Source of the DNA: Marsupella aquatica
Taxonomy: Eukaryota > Plantae > Marchantiophyta
Direction: 5' to 3'
NCBI GenBank assembly: GCA_973895155.1
Contig: OZ316891.1
Coordinates: 14,787,037-14,851,036 of the forward strand
DNA: 64,000 nucleotides
In this document: positions 37,649 to 49,079 of the stretch, in pieces
How positions within the stretch are numbered: position 1 is the first letter of the stretch
Layout: each line of letters opens with the position of its first letter
Made by a program: the position numbers and the translations under genes
Notes under the pieces: generated by a model
What the model was told of the DNA's origin: nothing
The model's database searches: none
What the model saw: the letters and a program-made list of their open reading frames with translations, nothing else

Positions 37649-40388
37649 ATGGGATGTGTGGATCCTAGTGTTGTTACTCGTATGGTAATTTTTACTGTCC
37701 TACATGTTCCTTGGGACTTGAAACCCATTTCAGTGCCCAAGGCTTTGTTACCTAAACTCATTGATCTATTGAAGGAAAAGCTTTCCACTAGGATTTTGGA
37801 AAGAGCAGATGCACCTTATTCTAATCATTGGTTCACCATTCGTAAGAAAAATAGTAAACTTAGATTTATTCAGGACATGCAACCACCTAACAAGGTTACT
37901 ATTTGCAATACTAGAATAGGACCTATAGTAGATGAGTTTGCAGAAGAGTTTGCTGAAAGAGCCATCTATTCATGTGGTGACCTCTATTCAGGCTATGATC
38001 AATTTCAGTTGGCTCAAAGTAGTAGAGATATCACCACAATTAGGACACCTTTGGGGCTACTTCGCATGTGTACTTTGCCTCAAGGGGCAACCAACTCGGT
38101 GGCTCACATGCAAAATGTCATGAATAAGGTATTTTACCGTTTCATTCCAGAGAAGACACAACCATTCCTTGATGATATGCCAATCAAGGGATGCTTGGAG
38201 ACAAAGAAAGATGAGACTATACATGAAGATGGCTTGCGATAGTTTGTATGGAAGCATATTCAAGATGCGAAAGCAATCTTGAAGAGGTTGATTGAGGTTG
38301 GGCTCACTCTTTCTGGTGAGAAATCTTCATTTGAGTTTTGTGAAGTCCTAATTGTAGGACAAATTTGTGGAGTTGATGGGAGGAAGCCAAATGGAGGAAA
38401 GGTAGATGCAATCAATCAGATGAAAGATTGCAAGACAGCTTCAGAGGTGCGAAGGTTCCTTGGCGCTTGCTTGTTCTATAGGATTTGGATTCCTCCCTTT
38501 GCACATATTGCTAATCCTTTGTACGGATTATTGAGGAAGAATGTGCACTTTATTTGAACAGAGGCACATAAGGAGGCTATGCAAAGGTTAAAGGAGATCT
38601 TACTTAGCCCTCTTATTTTATGTCCTTTATGCTATGATGGAAGACCCATCATTGTCATTGTAGATTCAAGTCTTGATGCTGCTGGATGGGCGGTAGGGTA
38701 GGATGATGAGGAGGGGCAAAGATTTGCAACAAGGTTTGGAGCTAAGATCTTTTCAACAAGACAAAGACACTACCCCCAAATCAAGCGAGAGTTGTGGGGA
38801 GCAAGGATAGCCTTGTATCAAGAAAAAATCTACTTGATTGGAGCACAAGTCATTCTTGAGACTGATTGTTTACCACTTTTAGGGATGATTGCTAACTATG
38901 ATACTCCAGACATTGCTATGCTATGTTGGATAACTTTTATTAGGATGATCAACCCCAAGCTTCGACACATTGTTGGAAAAGATAATCCAGTAGTAGAGAT
39001 GCTTTCAAGAGCCTGCTATGATCAGAATGAAGTGGAGGCAGTTCAAGTGATGAATGGAGAGTTTAAGGTCTTAACATTTTGAGAGAAGCTCTATTCTGGA
39101 GAGTTGCTCTTGATTGGAAGGTACCTTAGTACTCTTCAAAGGCCCGTTGAAATGATAGAAGAAAAGTTTCAACAATTACGGAAGAAGGCTTACAAGTTCA
39201 TGCTAAAGGATGGTGTTTTATGGAGAAGGTCTTTGAAGAAAGGACATGTTCCTTGTAGAGTTCTTGATATAGATGAAGAGAAGAAGAGAGTCTTATGGAA
39301 TTCTCATGATGCTGTTGAAGCAGGATATCGAGGAGTTAGAGCTACCTATGAGTGGGTTCAAAGGTGATACTGGTGGTCAGGCATGTATGTGGATGTAAAA
39401 TCCTATGTTGGATCTTGTGAGAGTTGTCAATAGTACTCTAAAGTTTGGTTTAGAGATGAACTTAATCCCACTAGTCCTCTTTCTTTACATTTTCAGTGAG
39501 TAGTAGATGTGGTGCACATGCCATGGGGAATTAGGGGGCAAAGTACCTTGTCCTTGCAAGAGAAGATTTATCTTCCTATGTTGAAGGAATGGCTTTGACC
39601 TCTAACACTATAGAAGCAGTATGCAGGTTCATACTTGAAGACGTTATTGCATGTCATGGTTGTTTTGTGCAAATGAAAGCAGATAGAGGAGAGCTGAATT
39701 TTGAAGAGGCTGCAGAATTTTTTGACCGGTTCAACATCAAGCTCAAACTTACTACTGCCTACAACCCAGAAGGAAATAGAAAGATTGAACGAGGGCACCC
39801 ACCGATTGTGAATGCCTTGGTGAAATCTTGCCGAGAAAAACCATCGCTTTGGCCCAATCTTCTACCATTTGCTCTTTTGGCAAATCAAATGACATGCACT
39901 ACCACAACAGGAATTACACCTGCCGAATTAGTCTCTGGACATTTGCCTGTGATGCAGATTGAGGAGAATGTTCAGAGTTGGAGGATGATTGAATGACAAG
40001 ATAGAATCTCCCAAGAAAAGTTGTTGGAGCGAAGGATTGAGCACTTTAGCCAGACCAAGGAGAAGATTGAGGAGGTGTTACAAATGCTAAAGAAGGCTCG
40101 TGAGAAAATAAGGAACGGTTTGACAAGACCCATTATTTGAGATCAATTTCCATCCAGAATGAAGATTGGGTTTTGATCTATGAGGGAGGGTTAGAAGAAC
40201 AACATTCTACTCTGAAGAAGTTTGCACGTCATTGGAGAGGACCATTTGCGGTGAAGGAGGTTCATCCTAATGCAACATATGTGGTAAGAGAACTTGATGA
40301 AGCAATTCATCGCAATCCCTATGCAAGAAAGCGAGTGAAATTATTTAAACGACAAACTCGATTTGTGACAGATCAAGGAAGAGTTTGA
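37649..40388 (+). pseudogene. Gypsy pol: RT, RNase H, integrase, with many stops
   Basis: LRFIQDMQ, DLYSGYDQ, LPQGATNS, FLDDM, VRRFLG, ETDCLPL, HIVGKDNPV, TTAYNPEGNRKIERGH, WRGPFAV. RT-RH-INT order. Confidence 0.93.
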
Positions 40389-40481
40389 ACCAGACGACTA
40401 TGAGGCTTTAGATGAAGAAGATATGTAGTGATTCTAGGTGTGGTGCATACCGGAGGATGCACAGGTTTGGTAGGGGTGATG

Positions 40482-42002
40482 TGTCGTGATTTTCTCTTAA
40501 TATATAAAAAAATTATTTGTTCTAATATGTTATAGATTATATAAGTAGTTTAGTAGTTAGATTATTAAATTTAGATTTTATTAACTTCTTTAGCTATAGT
40601 GTACGGACTATAGTAATTTCACGTAGTTTCACTTACGCATAGTAGTTCTACCAACTACAGTAATTCTACCAACGTACGGTAGTTCCACTTACGCATAGTA
40701 GTTTTACCAACTACAATAATTCTACCAATGCACAGTAGTTCCACCAACGCACAGTAGTTCCACCAACGCATGGTAGTTCCACCTACTAAAAGTAGTTTCA
40801 TCAACTATGACAGTACTAGCACACTCTTAGGTATTTGATGTTTTGCCACTTGGCCTTCATCCAAGTGTTTGGGCTTGATCCATGCCCTCTTGGTGTGCAC
40901 TATAAATAAAGTGGTGAGGGGCACTCTCCCCTCATTTCGCAGAGTTTATCATTCAAGAGTGTGAAGCTCTTTGTGCCTTAAACATAGTAGTGGGGCGTTC
41001 TTTGGCCCGGATAGCAAATGAATGAGTGGTAGACTTATAGATGGGACCTTAGGGAATAAAGTTTCTTTTGGGAATTTAGGGGAGGAGTATCCTTTGGCCC
41101 GGATAGCAAAGGAATAGGAGAGCCATCATGAATCCAGGAGAGAGAGTTATCCCTCATCTTCCCCTTTGTAATCCATTCTTGATTAGAGTCCATCTTTTAG
41201 ATAAACTATCTATAAGACAATATTTAACCTATCATTTTGGAGCTCAATTTGCAACTGCTGTTATGGTTTCTAACGAGCCAATAATATACCCAGTAGTGTC
41301 GTACCGAGAGGAGTGGGAGTGCATTATCTTTGTCCTTTATTGAAATCATGGATCTGAAGGGGTATTTACAAACGACAACAAACAGTAATAGGAAACAGAA
41401 ACTGGTAACAGAAAAATGAGTGATAATTTTTAAAAAAAAATTTCTAAATTTGTTTTTGGAAATTTTGTTTTTGGAAAAAAAAAGTTTTAATTTTTAATTT
41501 TTAATTTTTTTTGCTAGCGCCCAAAGCTAGCCAAAAAATATTATAATTTAAATTTTTTGTGGAAAATATGACTTTTTAGAAAATATTTTGACATGGTTAT
41601 TTTTCCTGATTATAGTAACTTTTTGCTGGTAACAGAATTTTTTTTGCTGGTACTAGTAAACCTGTTTCTTGTTTACTGTCACGCGTGCCATACCCAATCT
41701 GAATAGGAATTCAGATGATATTCTTGTTTCATTTTCTCTTGGAGATATTAGGATCATATGTTGTAGTGTTAGAGTTAGTTGGAGATATTAGGATATAAGA
41801 AAACTAATTTTTGTGATGTGTTGGTCCGCAAGTATGGTGAAGTAGGGTTTAACAGTATATTAGTTCACCTGAACATTTCTTAATACCCACTATCCTTGTT
41901 ACTAGAATTATCATTTTTGTTTTAGTGTAGAACTTATTGGCATGCAAGGTTAACTTCATAAGAGCCAACATGCTCTTACCAAAAAACATGGTCACCTGGA
42001 CA
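40482..42002 (+). repeat. Gypsy 3' LTR (~1.5 kb) with an internal ~20-bp tandem array at ~40620-40810
   Basis: Starts TGTCGT after the PPT and ends GGACA before the TSD. gtagttccaccaacgcaca-like repeats and a tataaata at ~40901. No second full LTR is available to confirm the boundaries. Confidence 0.75.
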
Positions 42003-42942
42003 GCGTTGGACACATGTGATAAGAAGAACCCGAATCCAACATCCATTCATTGTCATACACAGAATTAACCGCACCAATACATAACACTTCAGCACCATCC
42101 TCATGATCAGCAATCACAATGTCAGTTGAAGATGAAGATGCACCATCAAAAGCAAGACGCTTTTGCTTGGTCAAAGAAGGACAAGACCACTTGGTGTGGC
42201 CCTTCTCATGGCAATGCCAACACTGAACCTTCTTACTATAGGACTTAGATTTAGATCTGTTCTGAGATCTAGATCTAGATTGATCCGCAGTACGCTCAGT
42301 GGATCTACCTCTAACCATTAAGGCAGCAGACTCATCATCACGGGAAGATAGATGTCACTTGCTCCATTCTGCAAGAATAGTAGCCTTCACCACATCCAAC
42401 TTCAACGTAGGCTTGTCATGCGTGATGACCGTTACCAATGTTGAAAAGCTCTTCGGAAGTGACATCAACAAATGCATTGCAAGGTACTCATCAGTCAACT
42501 TATCTCCTGCCGTGGTCACCTCGTGCACAATCTCATCAAAGAGACTAAGATGATTCTGCATATTTCCACCATCCTGCAACTTCAACCTCAATAGCCGCTC
42601 CAACTGGTAAATGCAAGTAGTCAATGAAGTACTTTGGTATAGTTGAGTAAGCGTATCCCAAATTTTCTTGGCATTGCGATCCATCCCCAACACGTTCTTG
42701 AGAATGTTGTTTACCAAGAACAACTCAATTGTACTACACGTCTGCATCGACATGCCTTCCCACTCCTCATCTATAAGAGTTGAGGGCTTTACTCCAATGA
42801 TGGTCTTCTCAAGACCCTGTTGGATTAACACGTTGGTCACCTTCCGAGTCCAGAGGCTAAAGCTGACCTTCCCATCAAACTTTTCCACCTCAAACTTCGG
42901 CGCCGAAAGCTTTCTTGAAGTCATTGATGCTGACACAAACAC
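42003..42942 (-). pseudogene. Copia gag and protease N-terminal part
   Basis: KFEVEKFDGKVSFSLW, LLMSLPKSF, CCHC knuckle CWHCHEKGHTKWSC, protease WMLDSGSSYHMCP. Confidence 0.93.
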
Positions 42943-43946
42943 ACAGGAAACAAAAGTACCAATATACCTCTACACATAATCACCAAAAAATAAAAGTTGG
43001 CAAAAGTGGAACCGTAATGCACTTTTCTCCCCCTCTCCTCAAAGCACCCGCAGTACACCAGCACCTGCGGAACGGTGTTCCGTGGGTCCCTATTTTTCCC
43101 CACCGCAAAGCTGCCGTGGGTCACTATTTTTTCCCACCACCAAGTTGCCGCGGAACGGTGTTCTGTGGGTACTATTTTTTTCCACCAACGAACCGTGACG
43201 GAATAGTGTTCCGTGGAAGACTATCTCACCACCACTGAGCTACGACGGAGTAGTGTTTCGTGGGAGAAATTTCTCACCACCACTCAGAACAAGCACTAAA
43301 CACAACATGATTTCTAGATAAAATCACTGTTCACTTATCATTTTCTGTTTGCCCTAAGCAACAACCACACCTCACCGCTACAGTGCTCGGCGGCTGCGTA
43401 CTTGCACTCGTACTCCACCACACAAATTGTCGGCGTCACCGCAAATTGTTGCGCAATGCAACCCAAGAGGTGAACGAAGAAAATATTGAGAAAAACCACG
43501 AAGAAAGAAAAGAACATCGACATTTTCCCGAGAAAACATCAACCCAAGACCCCGTAAGATATCAAGCCGAGCACAAAGACTCCATAGCCAAAGAGATTAG
43601 GCTACAAACAGCAAAATGTAAAACGATATTGCTCCGCACTCGCCGGATGAAATGTTGTGAAAATTTCACCGAGACGAAGTGCTTGCCAATGCGCACAATG
43701 AAATGCAAGACTGTCCGCCTGACAGTACATTCAGAAAACTAGAGACACATCCGACACTTCTGATGTGAAGTTTTAATCGGGAAACCGTCACTCATTCCGA
43801 ACGCAAAACCTCCAATGCACAAGGACCAATGACATGATTACACAAATTGTTGAGAACAATCTGATCTGTCACCACGATTCAACACAAAGAATACTCTCAC
43901 CACTGTCTAGGCAATCGAACGTCAAACACGAAGCTCTGATACCACT

Positions 43947-44243
43947 TGTAGGACAACCGTCAGCTCCAAACTAGACAGCAATGCGGAACATGAGAGCACT
44001 CGATCTCACACTACACCAACAAGACACCACGATCATGGAGAAACTCCTGAAGGATCCATAGCTCATGAGATTGAATATGTGAAGAATGAGGGAGAGAATG
44101 CTCTCCCTCCAACCTATACCCCCCAAGGGGGACTAAGATGTGTGGGCCTAAATAAGTGGATCTTATCCTAAACTAACCAAGGGTCAATTAACCCTAGTAA
44201 GGCCAAACTAACTATAGTTGGGAACTCGAGTCAATTCCTAACA
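43947..44243 (-). repeat. Copia 5' LTR
   Basis: Direct repeat of 34189-34485, adjacent to the iMet PBS. Confidence 0.97.
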
Positions 44244-44812
44244 TGTTTGGTATGGCTGGTCAGCCTAGAGTGCAGTAAAGTTCTTCGGTGTTCCTGTGAA
44301 CATAGGCTCATGTGGGGTGAACCATCTATCTCTCTCTGTCGACTACTTGATCATATATTGGATGGTTACGGGCATGTTGTTGTGAATGTCGTCAATGCTC
44401 AACAGGTTTTCTATGGAGATGGACACTTTTTCTTTTGGCTGTAAATTGGGTGCTTAGAGCATTCCCACCGGTCCCACTAAACGCGGCCTGGTATCAACGG
44501 TAGTAGCGGAGGCTTTTCAGAATTTGTTGTGTTGCATCTCAAAAACCCTGTCTCATACCCCACCCAAACGGTAATGAGTGCCCGTGTACCACCAACAACA
44601 TAGTCAAAGGGTAGTCGACTACAGTTCAAGCAATGAGCTTTGCGCGCAATAGGGCAATGTCAAACACATTGGAATTGGGCTCTTGTTTGAACTTTCAACG
44701 CACGATTTTGAATTTCTGAAATTGGAACTCCTGATCCAAAGCTAAACTTGAAACGCGTTGAGCTGTTGACCTTGAATTGTTGTCAATTGAAGACGTTTAG
44801 TCAATTGACAAT

Positions 44813-46154
44813 ATGACTTCACTTGAATCATGGAGAAAAAAATTGAGGAAGCAGATTGAGGAGGGCAAGAGTGATTTTGATCAAGACATGGAGGCTTGGG
44901 AGCAAATGCAGTATGTCTGGGCCACTCTCATTGATGGACTACGCCAAGTGAAAGTATAGGGTTGCAAATTGCATAGGGGGATTGAGGCCAGGAAAGAGTA
45001 GAAATCTTGATAGAGAGAGACAAAAGGGGCATGAACATATATGGAGAGATTATATTTCAAAGAATCCCATCTACATAGACAGACATTTTCAAAGGAGATA
45101 TCGAATGAGAAAGCCCCTTTTTTGGAGAATTCACAATGCAATGATTGCGGCAGATATCTACTTTGTTCAAAGAAGAGATGTTGCAGACATTCTTGGTCTA
45201 TATCAATTCAAAAAATGACTGCTGCCATTTGTATGCTTGCACCTGGGATTTTTGGGGATGCCCTTGATGAATATGTTCGAATTGCTATGGAGTCCTTGAA
45301 AAGATTTTGTCGTGCAATTTGGATTGCATTTGAGGCTAAATATCTAAGGCAACCAACAAGGGGTGACATGGAGAAGCAATTCAATGTCAATGAGGCTCGT
45401 GGATTTCCTGGAATGTCTGCTAGCTTGGATTGTATGCACTATATCTAGAAAATTGTCCTGTTGGATCGCAAGGCCTTTTTACAAATAAAGATGGTGAGAA
45501 ATCTATTGTGCTTGAGGCAATAGCAGACCAATTCTTGTGGATCTGGCATGCATACTTTGGGCTTCTAGGATGCAATAACGACCTCAATGTCTTGGATTGC
45601 TCACCTTTAGTAAATAGTTTCCTAAGGAGTGAAGCTAATACAATTGGCTTCATAGTGAATGACAGACAGTATCACCGCTACTACCTTCTTGTTGATGGTA
45701 ATTACCCGGATTGGTCCATATTTATTTCTACAATCACACATCCACAGGGTCATGCGAAGAAATGGTTTGCCAAGTGTCAAGAAGGAGCACAAAAAGATGT
45801 CGAGAGAGCTTTTGGGGTACTTCAACAAAGATGGGCAATTGTGAGAAATCCAGTTTGAATGCACCACCAAAATGATATAAAGGATGTCCTTCTAGCTTCT
45901 GTAACCCTTCATAACATGGTAATTGAGGATGAGAGACATGAGCATTTTTGACTGCCAATTGGGATCAATGTGAGAGAGCACTTTCTAGACAAGGGAGATT
46001 ACTACCGATTACTAATTGGTATAAGTACCTTGCTGCCACTCGAGTGATTGAAGATGCTGAAACTCATTATATGTTGAGGAATGACCTCATTGCACATCTC
46101 TAGGATTTGAAAGGAAAGGGGCATCGTTTTGAATACGTAGGAAACCATGATTGA
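44813..46154 (+). pseudogene. Harbinger DDE transposase with frameshifts and stops
   Basis: FQRRYRMRK, QKMTAAICMLA, RGFPGMSASLDCMH, SIVLEAIAD..LWIWHAYFG..GCNNDLNVLD, YLLVDGNYPDW, QEGAQKDVERAFGVLQQRW, LRNDLIAHL. Confidence 0.92.
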
Positions 46155-46402
46155 TTGTAGGGCAGCATGCAATTCAATTCCAATCTTATTTTCAAATCTA
46201 TTCTCACTTTAATAAAGCCAGGAATAAAGCGATGAATTGACCTTGCACAAACATAGGAGACAACACTTGTATTGTGTACATGCCTTGCAAATTTTATTCA
46301 ACAATTGATTTGTACAAAATCAGGGTGTCGGCATAGGTGGATGGAGTCTAACTAAAATCCGAGACTAAATTTCCTGCTCCAATTGACTTCAAGAAACAAT
46401 AT

Positions 46403-47382
46403 TCAAGAAGCTAGGCTGCCAGAGTGAGAGTCTTTGTCACATTCTGGCGACTGTGCCACATCCACCGGGTGCACAATGGGGCCATCGTTCTGAACCATTT
46501 GAGGGGGAATCGGTAGAGTTGTTCTTGAGGCAGTTCTTCGAATGGCCCTGGATGCATTCTCTACCTTTGCCTGGTGCTCCATCTCAATTTGTTTTTTGAA
46601 CTTCTCCATATTCCTTGCTCTTTGAATCCTAAAATACTCTTGACATTCTGGATCAAGATCTGTTGCTCTCATTGTGAACAGGCTTTGAAGATTTTGTTCC
46701 TCCATGAGCTTGATTCACTTGGCATTAAGTAAAGCCATGCCACATTGTGCATAAGCAACAATTCTGAAAGAACAATCTTCTGCTTTCAATTTCTTTGCAG
46801 CCTTGTTGCCGATCAGTCTCACCTGCCCAAAGCTTCTACCTTCTTCTAGGCCTGTAGTGTCTGAGGAAGAGTTTACATTGTTGTCAATAATGTCTCCAAC
46901 GGTGCTGCTTGGCTGGGCGTTCTCCTTCTCTATTGTCCCCCTTTCGTTCCCTTTCCCTTTCCCTTTCCCTTTCCCTTCCCTTTTTGTGCCTGTTGTCCAC
47001 CAGAATCGCAAATCGAGGGCAATCCTTCAGAAGCTCCCAACAATCAATGTTGATGAATGTTTTTCCCTTTGGATGCTTGGCAGCATATAGCTCCTTGGCC
47101 TTTGTCAAAACATCCTCATCATTTTTGTGCCAGAGATGCGCAGGTCTAGCACTGTAGCATACGTGCCAGAAAATTTTGCCACATCATGTTTCTAATCGCC
47201 CCATTTGCTCTCCATCGAGGTTGATGTGAGTTGTAGTGCTGAGCCACACAATCCCAAAATGTCTGATTCCTTTATGCTGCACCAACAATTGGATCATGCG
47301 AGATATGCATCCAAGAAATGGATAGTTGCTTCAGCTCAGCATTGGAAAGTTTCTGCCCTCGAGATTTGCCCGATTCTGCCAT
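46403..47382 (-). pseudogene. Harbinger ORF1, Myb/SANT-like DNA-binding protein, broken
   Basis: KQLSISWMHISHDPIVG, KAKELY...F..IDCWELLKDCPRF, LIGNKAAK, DPECQEYF; position inside the TIRs opposite the transposase. Confidence 0.85.
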
Positions 47383-48774
47383 GCTGCAGGTCCACAAGGA
47401 AAGAATGTATAGGACAAGCACGCAGACCAACAGTTGCACACAGAGATCCAGAACTCGATCCAGAAAGCACTGTGTACCTCGGACTTCTTCTACTTTTGTA
47501 CCACGTTTGGCAAAAATATCAATGGCCAAACTTGGGACCAGACCGTCCTAGATGGTTCAACTTCTGCCGTGGATCCTTGATGGTGTGTAGTGGTGGAGGA
47601 TTTTGGCGCCCGCTAGATTCAATCATTTATGGCGGAGCGCCCTCAAGTTCTAGCCGGCCCGGTGTTCAAAATTAGTGTTGGTGGGCTACGGTGGGGCATC
47701 AAAAAACAAGTTGGTGGTCCCCTCTCACTAAAGTCGTTGCGGGCCGGGCAATTTAACGGGCCAGTGGGAATGCTCTTAGTTTCCGCCCTCCATGGACAGG
47801 GAGGCAGTCTTAGTCCATCCGTGCTAGTGTGCCTTAACATAGGCTTACCCCATAGAGGATATCCGTGTCCCACTTGCAGATTTAGTTACGACCCTAGATA
47901 TGTACCATTAGTTATTGCCATAATTATTTGCTTTAGATATGGACCCTAGATATGTACAATTAGTTATTGCCATATTTGCTTTAGATATGAACCTTTAGTC
48001 CCTCCCCACTACTGAATTGACAACAATTTCCCCCTTTCTTTTCTTCTTCTTCTTATATATAGTTGGCCCATTCTAAGACACACCTATTTTGACTTATTCA
48101 CAATAAATTATATTTATGCAACACAAGCTATCATATATCCTATTCAAGACTATTGAAACAATAATTATAGAAAAGTACATATCATTAAAGTGAAGAGATC
48201 TACAGTATGAGGTGGGTGAAACAAGTACATTAAGTTGAATGTACAATTCAGTGTACCTTGTAGGTCCAGTATTTTGTGGTGAAAGCCAAGTAAATTAATT
48301 TTGTATCTTTCTAAAGTTTGGGGGCTCTCTATTTAGGTAGGGGCTCTATTTAGTTGACATCTATTAACCTATAAACCATAAGCATTGGAATTTTTTTAAA
48401 CAATAGGCATATAAGTTACAGGGCATCGTTGGATAGTGTCCTACATAGTGTCCTACAGATTGAGTTTGGAGAGTTTACCGTATCAATGAATTCTCATGAA
48501 AATGAGGAGTGCCTATAGCATAAATAAATAGTTAAACTAAAGGAATATGATAAGGTGTCATAATAAAAAGATTAATAGAAATTTAAGCAACATACTTAAA
48601 ATTAAGTACTTCAAAAAATTAAAGGGGTTGGAAGAAATCACTAAATTCAGAAAAATGCAAACAAAAAGCATAGAATAGACCAAATTGACATAAAAATATG
48701 TAACAAACAATTATAATAAGACAAGATAACCAGTGTGTCCTGCAATTATAGCAGCATCAAAAAACATTATTCAC

Positions 48775-49060
48775 TTTTTGGGGTTGCATTTGCCAGTTTT
48801 TAAAATGTTTGGTGTTACCGCTCTTTGGACCACTTTAGCTTTCCCTTCACTCTACTTTGTTTATTCTTTTTTGTTGTAGATTTGGTTCTTTGCTCCAGAA
48901 GTGATAGCAACTTCCCCCCTATCCCTTTTCCTTTTCTCATTCAGTGTTTGGGGTTGCATTTGCCTGTTTTATTATGTTTGGTATTTGCTCTCTTAGGACC
49001 ACTTTTGCTTTCCCTTCACTCTACTTTGTTTATTCCTTTCTTTGTAAATTTTGGTTCTTT
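48775..49060. repeat. ~170-bp diverged tandem duplication next to the inner breakpoint of the right arm
   Basis: gggttgcatttgcc...ggaccacttt.gctttcccttcactctactttgtttattc occurs twice. Confidence 0.85.
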
Positions 49061-49079
49061 GGTCCATCTTGGGCTCCTT

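Larger units (their letters stand above)
37636..42002 (+). mobile_element. Ty3/gypsy LTR retrotransposon nested in the copia protease; most of the 5' LTR, gag and protease deleted
   Basis: Termini TGTC...GACA. Flanking duplication GCGT at 37632-37635 and 42003-42006. Removing the insert restores copia HMCPTRSYFSTY. Purine-rich tract ggtaggggtgatg precedes the 3' LTR start tgtcgtg at 40482. Confidence 0.88.
34189..44243 (-). mobile_element. Ty1/copia LTR retrotransposon with complete structure, decayed, interrupted by a gypsy element
   Basis: 297-bp TG...CA LTRs at 34189-34485 and 43947-44243 (~9 mismatches). 5-bp TSD TGTTT at 34184-34188 and 44244-44248. tRNA-iMet PBS tggtatcagagc at 43933-43944 (minus strand). 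PPT aggtggagat at 34486-34495 (minus strand). Confidence 0.97.
44457..47775. mobile_element. PIF/Harbinger DNA transposon, full length (3.3 kb), decayed
   Basis: TIRs gagcattcccac(c/t)gg...ccagtgggaatgctc. TTA TSD at 44454-44456 and 47776-47778. Two convergent ORFs. Confidence 0.95.

Noticed and set aside
37357-37788. 143-aa minus-strand ORF spanning 37636
   Set aside because: A chimera of antisense gypsy sequence and the copia protease tail across the insertion junction.
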